Positions 13,330-24,910 of a DNA stretch of 64,000 nt are shown here, piece after piece. The notes below the pieces were generated by a model. The model was not told the origin of the DNA. It ran no database searches and saw nothing but the letters and a program-made list of their open reading frames with translations. The stretch comes from Chiloscyllium plagiosum (lineage: Eukaryota). The stretch covers positions 59,162,164 to 59,226,163 of the forward strand of contig NC_057719.1 of the NCBI RefSeq assembly GCF_004010195.1, in the 5' to 3' direction. The translations under genes were made by a program, and so were the position numbers. Every line of letters begins with the position of its first letter. Within the stretch, counting starts at the first letter, position 1.

Positions 13330-14525
13330 TTTTTTAAATTTGTTCGGGGGAATGTGGGCTTAATTGGCTGGGCCAACATATATTTCATCTCTGGTTGCCC
13401 TTGAGAAGGTGGTGTTGAACTGCTTTTGTGAACCAATGCAGTCGATTTGCTGTAGATAGATCCATAATGCTTTGAAAGAGGGTTTTCCAGGATCTTGATG
13501 CGGCAACACTGAAGGAATGGCAATATAAAATTTTCAAGTCCGGCTAATGAGTGACTTGGAGGGGAACTTGCAGATGGTGGTATCTGCTATCCCCTATGTA
13601 CCTGCTGCCCTTGTCATTCTAGGCAGCAGTGATCATGGATTTGGAACGTGCTGTCTCAGAAGCCTCAGTTGATTTTTCCAGTACACCTTGTAGATGTGTC
13701 GGTTAGCTCAGATAGGTGGTTTGCCATGCAGAGTCACAGCAACAGCATGTTTTCAATCATTACTTTATTGGTCACCACTGGCTAGGCCAGCATTTATTGC
13801 CCATCCCCCCTAGTTTTTAAGTCTAGAGTTTATGAAATTCAAATTTCACCATCTACCAAGGTAAGATTGAAACCCATGAAGAGAAAATGAGGTCTGCAGA
13901 TGCTGGAGATCAGAGATGGAAATGTGTTGCTGGAGAAGCGCAGCAGGTCAGGCAGCATCTAGGGAACAGGAGAATCGACGTTTCGGGCATTAGCCCTTCA
14001 TCAGGAAAGGGCTAATGCCCGAAACGTCGATTCTCCTGAAACCCATGACCCCAGAATGTTAGCCTGGCATTCTGGAAAATTAGTTCAGACTGCACCATAA
14101 CTCCTCATTCTCCCTGGTACATTTCTATATCAGCTGTGGTCAGAATGAAGACCCTACCTTCTCAATCTGACCCCTTGCTTGAAACATGGTGACCCTCACA
14201 TTAAACCCATCACCAGTAACCTCTCTAATGAGAGAGCAGAATATGGCAGCCTTCACTTTTACACTATTGCTACTATGTGCCAATGGTGTAGGGAGTGAAT
14301 ATTTGGGGATCTGGTGCCAATCAAGTGGGCTGGTTTGTCCTGGATAGTATCAGATTTCTTGAGTGTTATTGGAGCTGCACCAATCCAGTCAAGTGGAGAT
14401 TGTTCCCTTACTTTCCTGAATTATAGATGCTGAATAGGCATTGAGGAATCAAGACATGAGTTATTTGCTGCAGGATTCCTGATGTCTGACCTATTCCTGT
14501 AGCTATTGTATTTATATTACTAGTC
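13330..14525. mobile_element. nested cluster: old CR1-like LINE 3' end, tRNA-headed SINE, second SINE fragment, PLE fold-back
   Basis: The LINE-like flanks break at ~13697 and resume at ~14265. A SINE head (ggttagctcag) at ~13701 continues at ~14130-14260 and resembles the SINE at 52617-52832. The innermost insert has a TSD. Confidence 0.6.
13880..14036 (-). mobile_element. short PLE-terminal element with 5' inversion and intact hammerhead motif
   Basis: Minus 14004-13977 reads CTGATGA-A-GGGC-TAAT-GCCC-GAAA-CGTC. There is a perfect ~32-bp inverted repeat around an 8-nt loop. TSD tgaaacccatga is at 13868-13879 and 14037-14048. Confidence 0.9.
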
Positions 14526-15329
14526 CCATCCTCTGCCACTGACCCCATTTCTGATGAGGATTGGAAGCTCTATCAGGATCAGCTAGCTGCATTTCCAAGC
14601 ACAGTTCCAGCTGTTGAGATGATTCTCTCTGGAGAGCAGCAGGTGGCCTATTAACCGGGATTATGTTCACTATCAGCCTCATTAATTGAAAATCTGACCT
14701 CGCTAATATGCAGCTTCCTACTCTACACCCACCGTGAGGAAACTAGTCACTGATAAAGGCAGAGCAGGCAACTGGCAACTTCAACTCTTCACTTGTTTCT
14801 CTGGGGCACCAACTAGGACAACACACAGCAATAACATCTCAGGGCACACTGCATTCAATAAGCTCCCTCATCCATGGATGCTGGCATCCGGCCAGCTTCT
14901 CAGGACTCTCATGGCCCCTTTCCAAGCCAGCTACAGAAAACTACCTCACTGTAAAACTGCATTTCAAGGTGTATTGGCAAGTAGTATTTGAATGATGTTG
15001 CGCACAGGGACAGGCACAAGGTTACATTCTGGACGAAGTTGCATCTCAGGGCTGTTCACTTGCACACACAACTCCACCTGACCCGGATGCTCACAGCATC
15101 CCTACCTTACCTTGCCTTTTTGTGCTTTGCCCCCCTCAGCCAGAGATACCAGATTCACATTACTTCAGTATCACCTTGTCGTTTAGTAGAGACACAAAGC
15201 CAGAAAACTCGTTATGATTGTTGTCAGTTCCCAGACAAGTAAAGAGAGATTCCTTCCAATTAGAAGGTCACAGCAGATCAGTCAAGGGCAGCCTGCAATA
15301 TCAATCCAGAGGCTTGTACACAGTGGACG

Positions 15330-15850
15330 TCAGGAAGGTCTTCTAATGTTGGGCAGCCCATCACCCACCTTGGCTCGTTCTGCATTGTTATGAGCTATGT
15401 TCTCTTGGAATGAAAGAAGGGGAGGGATTGAGTGATTGGCACAACTGCTAAAGGTGTGCAAAAGGTGGTGAGCCAAGGGAATGAGTAGGCAGCACAGAGG
15501 ACATGCAGGGTTACAGGGACCTGACTTGTGGTGGGGGAGAGCAAGTGAGAGAGGCTTGGTGGGAGCTGAGTGCAATAGCACAGACACCGTGAGTGTGAGA
15601 TAACAGAGAGAAGATGGTTATACTTCCCCTGTCAGAGCAGAGAATGTCATTGATCTTCTTGCTTCACCACTGGGCATTCATCCAGACTGAGACCACAATG
15701 GTCTGGGTAGCAACCTCAGACCAGGCTGGCAGGGGCTGATGGTATGGCATTTTTTGCCAGTCCTGGGTGATGAGGACACCTCACCCCATCCACCAGGAAC
15801 TCCAGATGCCTGGACACAAAACAGGGTACCAGTTTCCCCTTAGCACTCAT
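15330..15850 (-). mobile_element. decayed Harbinger/PIF Myb/SANT-like gene remnant
   Basis: MSAKGKLVPCF...LEFLVDGVR, ...KKINDILCS and, downstream, ENIAHNNAERAKVGDGLP resemble the APRF..L.LL..V / CRKK.NDL / K..HN.RER.KTGGG pattern of Harbinger Myb-like proteins. Confidence 0.6.
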
Positions 15851-16360
15851 GTCGGGGACAAATGTCAGGAACCATACAGGGCAACTCCAAACTGACAATG
15901 CTTGTTTGGGTGGCATATGTGCAAGGAATGCTATTCTATTTCAGAATATTCCAGCAGCAGCAACAGCATGCTTTTCTGGGGTAAGTGAGTGGTAGAGCCA
16001 GGCTAGCACTGAATAAGAGAGACTCCATAGGGATGTGGTAGGTATTTAAAAAAGCAAGTCGGAGATGATAGCACAAGAAAACCTGTTAGGCCTGCTAGGA
16101 GAGAAACCATCCAGAAAACTCTACAAAACTGACGCTGTCAAAATATGATGAGATTTAGTCCTTTGTAATGCTATACACTCCCTTATTAGTTTCAATAGAA
16201 ATCTGACATATTCTACAAGTTTACCAGAAACTTTTACTCTGTGAGGTGTGTGCTAACACTGGCCTACCTACACTTAAAATGCTATATTTCCATTTGAGCT
16301 ATAAAGAATAGTCTGCAAATGACAAACGACGTCAGTTTTATTGTTTAGGGCAAGTTTCTT

Positions 16361-16478
16361 CTGATGAAGAGCTTATGCCTGAAACGTCGAATCTCCAGCT
16401 CCTTGGATCCTGCCTGACCAGTTGTACTTTTCCAGCATTGACTCTGATCTCCAGCATCTGCAGTCCTCACTTTCTCCA
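16361..16478 (+). mobile_element. short PLE-terminal element starting at the hammerhead core
   Basis: Begins CTGATGAAGAGCTTATGCCTGAAACGTC and ends cagtcctcactttctcc. Direct repeat caagtttcttct is at 16351-16362 and 16477-16488. Confidence 0.85.
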
Positions 16479-16716
16479 AGTTTCTTCTCCCCATTTGTGG
16501 GTCTGAGGATCCCAGATGGAAATAAGGGTTCCAACTAGATCAGAGGTCTAAGGCCACTGTGTTCAGATTATATGGGAACTTTTCAAAACATATTCAAACT
16601 TTGCATCTCCATCAAAATTAATAACTTCAGCAAGCCAAGCTGTCTATAATAGTCTAAAACAATTGTCAGCTTTTCTTCACAGCCAAAAAAAATTAACTAA
16701 GGAAAACTGGAAGGAT

Positions 16717-17216
16717 NNNNNNNNNNNNNNNNNNNNNNNNNNNNNNNNNNNNNNNNNNNNNNNNNNNNNNNNNNNNNNNNNNNNNNNNNNNNNNNNNNNN
16801 NNNNNNNNNNNNNNNNNNNNNNNNNNNNNNNNNNNNNNNNNNNNNNNNNNNNNNNNNNNNNNNNNNNNNNNNNNNNNNNNNNNNNNNNNNNNNNNNNNNN
16901 NNNNNNNNNNNNNNNNNNNNNNNNNNNNNNNNNNNNNNNNNNNNNNNNNNNNNNNNNNNNNNNNNNNNNNNNNNNNNNNNNNNNNNNNNNNNNNNNNNNN
17001 NNNNNNNNNNNNNNNNNNNNNNNNNNNNNNNNNNNNNNNNNNNNNNNNNNNNNNNNNNNNNNNNNNNNNNNNNNNNNNNNNNNNNNNNNNNNNNNNNNNN
17101 NNNNNNNNNNNNNNNNNNNNNNNNNNNNNNNNNNNNNNNNNNNNNNNNNNNNNNNNNNNNNNNNNNNNNNNNNNNNNNNNNNNNNNNNNNNNNNNNNNNN
17201 NNNNNNNNNNNNNNNN
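16717..17216. other. assembly gap
   Basis: Run of N. Confidence 1.
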
Positions 17217-17830
17217 TGGGCCATGCTTGTCCTTTTCCATAACAATCCTGAATCTAATGGAGTTATTATTGCTGTCCGCAAAATGCTCCCTCACTGATAC
17301 TACAACCACTTGCTCAGCTTCATTACATTAAAATTGAATCCAGGACCAATCCCTCTTTTGTAGGGCTTTCTACCTACTAGCTTATAACAATCTCCCAGAT
17401 GCATTTTAAGAATCCCTTTTCTTTGAAACCTTTCATGCTATAACTACCTATCCTACTACTTTTATACTTTCTGAAATTTGCCTCCATATTTGCTCTTCAA
17501 TTTCTCTCGAGCTATTCGAGTTATTGTACGTTCCTAGAAATGCGATTGCTTCTTTTTGGTTTTAAGTTCCACTCACACGGCTTCACTTGAGTAACCTTCT
17601 AAGATGTCATCCTTCTTTAAAGGTCTAATTGGTTTTCCAATTAATTTTCCAACACTGCTTCATGATTTGCCTCCTTTCCTGTCTCTCCTGAAGACCTTAT
17701 ATCTTGGAATATTGAGCTGCCAATCCTGCCCTTCTCAGTGATAGCAATTACATCACACTCTATGTTTTAATTTGCGCCCTCATCTTCTCTGTCTTATTTG
17801 TCAGACTCCTTGTATTAAAATAAATACCAT
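17217..17830 (-). mobile_element. old CR1 endonuclease-region fragment
   Basis: VSVREHFADSNNNSIRFRIVMEKDK matches the CR1 'V.E.LG.SDHN.I.F' region. Confidence 0.65.
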
Positions 17831-18589
17831 TCAACCAGAATCCAAAGTTGATTTGCTAGGGAAGTTGGGGGGTGGGGGCAGGCACAGAAGACTCCTGTAC
17901 CAGCCACCATCCTCTACTCTGTCTGATGGTCACCAATGCCCTTTCTGTTTGTTCAGTCTTTACCTACAGCGTAGCCACCCCACTGAACATGGTACCAACA
18001 ACACGCGGAGAATTACATATGTTCTACAGTGAATCTACCCACAGCTGAAGCTCAAAGATGCTGTGAGCTCCAACCTTCAAAGTGGCACATCTGTACACTG
18101 TCACGGAATTAAATTTAGCAAAGGAGAAACATTATTATTTTTCATTGGTGGAAAGTCAAGTTCAAACCCTTATGAAGATATTTTAAATTTTGTGCAATTG
18201 CTTAAAATTGATGATAACAAATCAGAGCACTTTTGGCATTACTCCTGATTTTTATTTCCATTAACTCAAACAGAAATAAAGACCAAGGAAAGTTACTAAG
18301 TGGACAGTGATTTGCTAGCACCCGCATTTTTACATTATTGAACAATCGCTGTAAATTACAATTTAAAATTTACAATTTTCTCTGAATTATCTTTGTTTCA
18401 GAAGCACCTCTGTTTAGTTTTTTGAGATATCTGCCAAGAAGTCAGTTCTTGGATACATTCCCTCGCAGTATTCCACAAATGGCATATTCTATGCTAGGAG
18501 CAGTATTTTATTGTAAATATTTTCCAACAGAGCTTGATCATCATGCTGCTGAGCTTATAACCGGAGGTGATGATCATTGGCCATTCTGA

Positions 18590-19018
18590 TTGCTCTCAGA
18601 GAGACCGAATGCAAACTTGGGGAACCGATTCATAGAATATTTATGGTCCATATGCTCCAGCTTCCAAATCTCCCCATCCCCATCTCATCCCAGGCATAGC
18701 CCTCCCCCTCCACCCTGTCTGCTTAACCTGACCCTACCTGTCCATCTTCCTTTCCACCTATCCACGCCATCCCTCCCACTGACCTATCACAGACACCTCC
18801 TACCTGCATCCACCTATCACCATCCCACCCGCCTTTCCCCAAACCCTCCTTCCTATTTATTTCACTGCCCCCTTCCCTTCCCATAGTCCTGATGGAAGGT
18901 TCTGACCTACAACGTTGACTTCCCTTTCTCCTCTGATGCTGCTCAACCTGTTGTGCTTTTTCCAGCTCAACTCTCTATCCAATCTGAGTCTCCAGCATCT
19001 GCAGTTCTCACTGTCTCA
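18590..19018 (+). mobile_element. decayed PLE 3' fragment
   Basis: C-rich 3' region, degenerate ctgatggaagg...aacgttgac and a cagcatctgcagttctcactgtctc tail shared with other PLE copies. Confidence 0.75.
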
Positions 19019-19484
19019 ATTCCTTTATGAAAACTTACAGTCACCTTTGATTTTGGATTACAGAAAAATCCTGAAAAGGAAATTGACACGTTGGAGTGAC
19101 ACATTTTCAGTACAAAAGGTCGATGGAAAAAATTGGAATTAGAACAAATTGAGCATATTTATATTATAAAATGTGAATTAGCAATCAGTCACTTATCACA
19201 TACTCTCTGCACCCACTCCAAGTTTCTCCAGCTTGACAGTGAAATTAGTCGTACAATGTTTAGAAAGAGAAGGAAACATGCGAAGAGCTTCCTCAATTGA
19301 GCACTATCAATCATTTCTTATTATGTGCACTCTGTTTAAATACACTAAACTGGATTTTCCTGATCCAGCTCTCCACCTGGACACTAGCCCAGTTTTCTAG
19401 ATCAGGCATCTTTAGGTGTAGCAGAAGAGTTTGTGAGAGATTCCTATTGGTAAGTGAGAGACTGCTGATAATTTCCAAGAAAAT

Positions 19485-21182
19485 TCAGCCTGGTGTTATA
19501 CTGGGATCAGCACTTAGTACACTTAAAGAGATTAAAACCACCTCAAAGAACGGAGCAGCACAGTTGTTGAAAACCAAGTAAGGGATCAGGGCGAGTAGAG
19601 ACAACGTTTTGTTTTTATATACGGGATTACTCCTGTTCGTACTTTGGGTCAACATGCTGTTTCTGGGAAGCCAAGAGGCACGTGCAGATGGGACTGAAAT
19701 AGAACAGATATTGAGGGGTAAATCAGTCTGCCTCAGGGTGGGTTTCTTGCTCCACTGATTAACAGCATCAGCCAGAGACTGACAGTCTCCAGTAACGACA
19801 CCTGAATTTGTAAGGATAACTGCCACGGCTAATCTCACTACTTCAAAGCATTTTGATGTTTGACCTCTAAAAGGTAGCCTACACATCTGACATGAACATA
19901 CTGTCAGTACGAGCAACAAGTGGGAATGTAAGGTAGAAATTGATCTGCATCACTGTTATTTGACTAGAAAATGGGGTGAATTAGCATCAGTTCCACAGGG
20001 AATTGCTGCCTGATTGAATGGATAGCTAAATTCTTGGTTTACTTCACTTACTTTCAGGGGCAGTAATCCTGTCTCCTTGGAACTTTAAATAGATGTGTCT
20101 CTGTGAGAACTCAGATTTTTTTTTTGTTTCTAACTCATCTTCTTGATCATGCTTAAAGAGGCAGCACAACGACAAAAAAAACTTAAAAATTGACCATGCT
20201 TTCCATGCTCTCCACAAAATCTTCAGCGGGAGATCAGAGAGAATCTCACCAGAAATAATTGTGGATTCCTATTATAAGCAAAGTGCAAAGGTTATTTTTT
20301 CACATCAAATTAGAAAAATACATTTCCTTTGAAATATTAAATAAGTCAATTCCTACCCTATTGTTTTCATTGCCTACCATGACTGTCAAATCCTCATTTG
20401 TACAGACATCCCAGAACAGGGTGAAAATATTCTACATAGTTTTAGCACAAGCTTGGAAAGAACGTGTAAGTTAGTAAGGCGAACGCAGACTTAATCATTC
20501 TGCTTTCTTTTAGAACTGATTTTAATGAAGCTCAGATGTATTATTTTCCTTCCTATTTGAAATTATGGGTGGACTTGTATCTGTGAAACACCATTCCAGG
20601 TTGCTGATAAGCCAACTGTTTGGGTTTTGCTGGTTCCAACATACCCACTATTAAAATTGAAAGCCATACAATGGCTGTACTGGAACAGCATGGCAGCGTT
20701 GCAGTTAGTTCTGAGGCACAAACCATCAGCATTACTGGCAGAACGTTGTCAGGACTCATAATCCTTGTAGGAATCAGTGTATTCAGCTTCTTAATATTAC
20801 GTGGAGCAAATCAAACTGGCTGGAGTCTAGCATCTGTGACAGTGAAAGATCATTAGCACTTCTGACATCACAGAGGTCTGCATGTTAAGGCTGTTTCCCA
20901 CTGTCCTCGATTATCGAACAAATTTCTATGCCTCTATCAGCAGACCCTGTGCTCAGGATAGTTATGTCTTCCATGGATCTCAGTCTTTGCCTCTAACTTC
21001 CTAATATTGACACTTTGCTGTCGTTGGAGAGGCAGAGGCAGTTGCTCCTTATCTACAATAAGCTCAGTTTCCAAGGCTGCAGTGCCCATTTCCAATGATA
21101 GCCTCCTGGTGTCCAGGTGGCATGGCAAATGGTTATGCCCACTGTTTTGATGCCTATGCAATATTAGAAAGGTGATGACTCT
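19485..21182 (-). pseudogene. three weak exon candidates (from 21182; 20833-20645; 19801-19485) with loose prolactin-like motifs
   Basis: AG acceptors at 21183, 20834 and 19802 and a GTATGT donor at 20644. The motifs DKEQ; ILRS*(W)N..PDNVL..IVG; V.TGD..WSKKPTL...D..LPRNS..NNC occur in prolactin order. The model needs a frameshift and several indels, and it lacks the conserved Cys. Confidence 0.22.
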
Positions 21183-21276
21183 CTGAACAGACAAAATTCA
21201 TCTTTCTGGTTACTCCTAAAGCATGAAATGGTACTTTTAACTTCAAAGATATAAGCTCAATGTTGACTTATCTTAC

Positions 21277-21461
21277 AAAATCTTTCCCATCCTCCATGAC
21301 ATGGTCATTAACTCCATGCAGCTGGCCTGACACCAGGTGACTACTAAAGTACAGCTTCCTCTCAGAAAATATTCCATGGAGACTGCTTTGAGGGAGCCCA
21401 CATGACTTTAATTGCCAGCTTAATAGGAGAAGGCAAGTTAAAAGTCCACATCCTCCTCTAT
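21277..21461 (-). CDS. candidate internal coding exon (phase 1 to phase 0) encoding a signal peptide and mature N-terminus
   Basis: Strong acceptor ctctctttctcttAG and donor ttt|GTAAGA. 185 nt with only one open frame: (H)RGGCGLLTCLLLLSWQLKSCGLPQSSLHGIFSERKLYFSSHLVSGQLHGVNDHVMEDGKDF. Confidence 0.4.
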
Positions 21462-21517
21462 CTAAGAGAAAGAGAGCTGAACATAAATGGAGGCAGAACT
21501 TGTGGCTATATACCAGA

Positions 21518-22245
21518 GTAGTCATAGAGTCACAGAGTCACGGAGATGTACAGCATGGAAACAGACCCTTTGGTCCAACCCGTCCATGCCGACCAGATAT
21601 CCCAACCCAATCTAGTCCCACCTGCTAGCACCCGGCCCATATCCCTCCAAACCCTTCCTATTCATCTACCCATCCAAATGCCTCTTAAATGTTGCAATTG
21701 TACCAGCCTCCACCACTTCCTCTGGCAGCTCATTCCATACACGTACCACCCTCTGTGTGAAAATGTTGCCCCTTAGGTCTCTTTCATATCTTTCCCTTCT
21801 CACCCTAAACCTATGCCCTCTAGTTCTGGACTCCCTCACTTCAGGGAAAAGACTTTGCCTATTTACCCTATCCATGCCCCTCATAATTTTGTAAACCTCT
21901 ATAAGGTCACCCCTCAGCCTCCGACGCTCCAGGGAAAACAGCCCCAGCCTATTCAGCCTCTCCCTATAGGTCAAATCCTCCAAATCTGGCAACATTCATG
22001 TAAATCCTTTCTGAACCCTTTCAGGTTTCACAACATCTTTCCGATAGGAAGGAGACCAGAATTGCACACACTATTCCAACAGTGGCCTAACCAATGTCCC
22101 GTACAGCCGCAACATGACCTCCCAGCTCCTGTACTCAATACTCTGACCAATAAAAGCAAGCATATCAAACGCCGCCTTCACTATCCTATCTCCCTTTGAC
22201 TCCACTTTCAAGGTGCTATGAACCTGCACTCCAAGGTCTCTTTGC
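21518..22245 (-). mobile_element. 5'-truncated CR1 LINE (ORF2 C-terminus, 3'UTR, microsatellite tail)
   Basis: QRDLGVQVH...LVRPLLE and LGLFSLERRRLRGDLIEVYKIM...FTQRVVRVWNELP, followed by a (tatgactc)n-like tail. Confidence 0.95.
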
Positions 22246-22256
22246 GAAAAGAGACA

Positions 22257-22338
22257 CAACAAGGATGGGATTTGAACCCACGCGTGCAGAGCACAATGGA
22301 TTAGCAGTCCATTGCCTTAACCACTCAGTCACCTCATC
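22257..22338 (-). pseudogene. tRNA-Ser(GCT) pseudogene
   Basis: 82 nt: GATGAGGTGACTGAGTGGTTAAGGCAATGGACT-GCT-AATCCATTGTGCTCTGCACGCGTGGGTTCAAATCCCATCCTTGTTG. It shows 7 transitions from the vertebrate tRNA-Ser(GCT) as I recall it, 6 of them at CpG. There is no encoded CCA. Confidence 0.9.
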
Positions 22339-23189
22339 TGTGTTCCTTTTTTTTTAAACTGACCTGCCTTGATCTCACACAGCTCAGAAAATTCTGCCCT
22401 ATATATCATATCTCTGGGTTATCAAGGTACAAATGATGGAATTGGGCAAACAGTTGATTGAATTTTTACACCAGTTTTTATGTTATTCCCTGAACAAGGT
22501 GTAAAGTGGCTGAATTAACACTAGGGTGTTCAACTTCTGCCTTATTTTATTTAAATTTAGTATTATGAATGTTCTCTCAAAAATAAAGCATTGTGTTTTT
22601 TTGTATGCTCTTTCTGAGCTTATTGTCTGGTTGGCTGTTAAATTGGCTAATACACTAATGGATGCACAATGTTCTCACTACACATTGGTTTGAAGTTTAC
22701 CTTTGCATTTTATTCCTATACTGAGTTACAATCTCTGCTACACAGGACTGGGCTTTTGGAGGAGTGAAAATTACGCACAGATTACTACTCCATTCCTTTT
22801 TGTTGACATTAAGAAACTGCTTTCCTTTCCTGGCAAGAGATTCTGATCACAGGATTCTGCAGAAATGTGGAACATACATTCAATTCACCAATTCCTCATT
22901 GTTCAGGAGAACTGGGGGAAGGCAAATCATGGTCCCTTTTACTTATATTTTCTCTCCCTGAGCTGTTCTTGACGGTTACTATTTACTTTTCATGGATTTA
23001 CTTTTTGCTTTTGTTGCGCTTCTTTTTGAATCTCACTAATGTCCCCACTACCTTCTTTACTGATGTTGATGGGACATGGATATTTGGATTCATACACAAG
23101 CAGAATTAAATAATTCATCAATACCCTGAATAATTATCATGAGTCCATAAGCTGATGAAAACATATGGGGAAAATATTAATTTCTCAGA

Positions 23190-23393
23190 TTCTGCCCAGA
23201 GGGCAGTGGAGACCTAGTCTCTGGATTCATTTAAGAAAGAGTTAGATAGAGCTCTCATGGATAGTGGAATCAAGGGTTATGGAGATAAGGCAGGAACAGG
23301 ATACTGATTAAGGATGATCAGCCATGATCATATTGAATGGTGGTGCAGGCTCAAAGGGCAGAATGGCCTACTCCTGCACCTATTGTCTATTGT
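23190..23393 (+). mobile_element. short CR1 3' end
   Basis: ctgcccagagggcagtggag...gaatggcctactcctgcacctattgtctattgt, a typical CR1 3' terminus with a short repeat tail. Confidence 0.8.
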
Positions 23394-24020
23394 CATATTT
23401 AAATTGATACGAGAAAGGGACATAAATTAACATTGGAAAAACTCTTTCAAAAAGTAACTGACACAAAAAGCCATTACCTGAACGTGCTTTATATGGCCAG
23501 GAGGTACCATGGTTAAATATTTGCCTGTTTTCTCTTAACATAGTCACAGCATCTCAACTTATTCACAGAATTGAGACACTTTGAGATGTGATATTACATA
23601 AATACAAACCTTATGAAATTAAACAGTTCAAAATTAAGTTATACAGTTGGCACATGGTTCAGAAAAGTAACATCCACTACATTTTTCTCCCATGCAGTAG
23701 CTCATGAAGATTTGCAGGCTTAAACTGGAGATTCCACATTCACTTGCAAGGAATATTAGAGATTTCAATTTTTCCTGTATCCAATTAGTTGCACATTCCT
23801 TTGTTGAAAAGTTCAAAACCACTCACCCCCTTTGCAGACCTGATTCACCTCCACCAGCTTTGTAGACCCTCTAATCCTGTTGCAGACACTTACTTTGCTT
23901 TGTAGCCTCTCTACCCCTTTTTGTTTCTTTAGTGCCCTTTGCACTCCCTCTTCACATTTCTCCTGCAAGCAGCAAATGTGGGACAGAACCAGTAATGATT
24001 GTATGACAGTTGTTCAGAGA

Positions 24021-24319
24021 TTTACTTAGATTATTTACAGTGTGGAAACAGGCCCTTCGGCCCAACAAGTCCACACCAACCCGCCGAAGCGCACCCACCC
24101 AGACCCATTCCCTAACACTACGGGCAATTTAGCGTGGCCAATTCACCTAACCTGCACATTTTTGGACTGTGGGAGGAAACCGGAGCACCCGGAGGAAACC
24201 CACGCAGACACAGGGAGAATGTGCAAACTCCACACAGTCAGTCGCCTGTGGCAGGAATTGAACCCGGGTCTCTGGCGCTGTGAGGCAGCAGTGCTAACCA
24301 CTGTGCCACCGTGCCACCC
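24021..24319 (-). mobile_element. HE1-type V-SINE, near full length
   Basis: tRNA-like head (ggtggcacagtggttagcac; B-box ggttcaattcc), V-core (gtgtggagtttgcacattctccc..gtctgcgtgggtttcctccggg) and a CR1-like tail. Confidence 0.9.
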
Positions 24320-24454
24320 ACTGTTCTACATGCATGGTCACTTTTCTCCCATGTTTGTCCCCATGATGGAGTTTTCCTGGGTGTTTGAGTGGCTTATGAA
24401 GAGAATTTGCCCACTGTCCCCATGTATTTTAATCTTTACCTGAAACATTCCCAT

Positions 24455-24910
24455 GAGCCTTTTCTGCATGCTCTGTGATGTTTCCTAAACTGTGGTGCCT
24501 AGAACTCGATACCATTCTCTCAGTTAATGCTAAATTCTTGTTTTATACAAGTTTAACATAACAGCATTCTTTATTAACTGTTCTCTCGTCCACCCTGTTA
24601 TCTTCAATGATTTGTGCACAAGCACACACAGGTCCTTCTGCAGTCTCACACCCTTTAGAATTGTCTTCTTTATTTTGTATTATTACTGCACTCTTTCTAC
24701 TAAAATAATCCATTCACATTCCTCCGCATTAAATTCCATGTGTAATGTGTCTTCCTATTCTATGAAGCTTTTCATGTTCTTTTGAAGTTCTATACTATTC
24801 TCCTCTCAGTTCACAGTACTTGAATTGTATTATTTGCAATGTTTAAAATTGGGCCTGTGCACCAAGGCCTAGGATATTAATATATAAGAGATAACACCAA
24901 ACCTTGGAGA
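24455..24910 (-). mobile_element. old CR1 ORF2 fragment
   Basis: Degenerate similarity to CR1 segments such as the one at 31100-31560. Confidence 0.5.

Noticed and set aside
16663..17331. Long ORFs containing X runs (also near 4300, 45600 and 50800)
   Set aside because: Artefacts of translating N gaps.
19486..19516. Kringle-like AWCYT on the plus strand
   Set aside because: A stop follows within a few codons and no other kringle cysteines are present.
22257..22338. Functional tRNA-Ser gene
   Set aside because: CpG-type transitions hit the acceptor stem and D-arm and leave mismatched or weakened pairs, so it is classed as a pseudogene.
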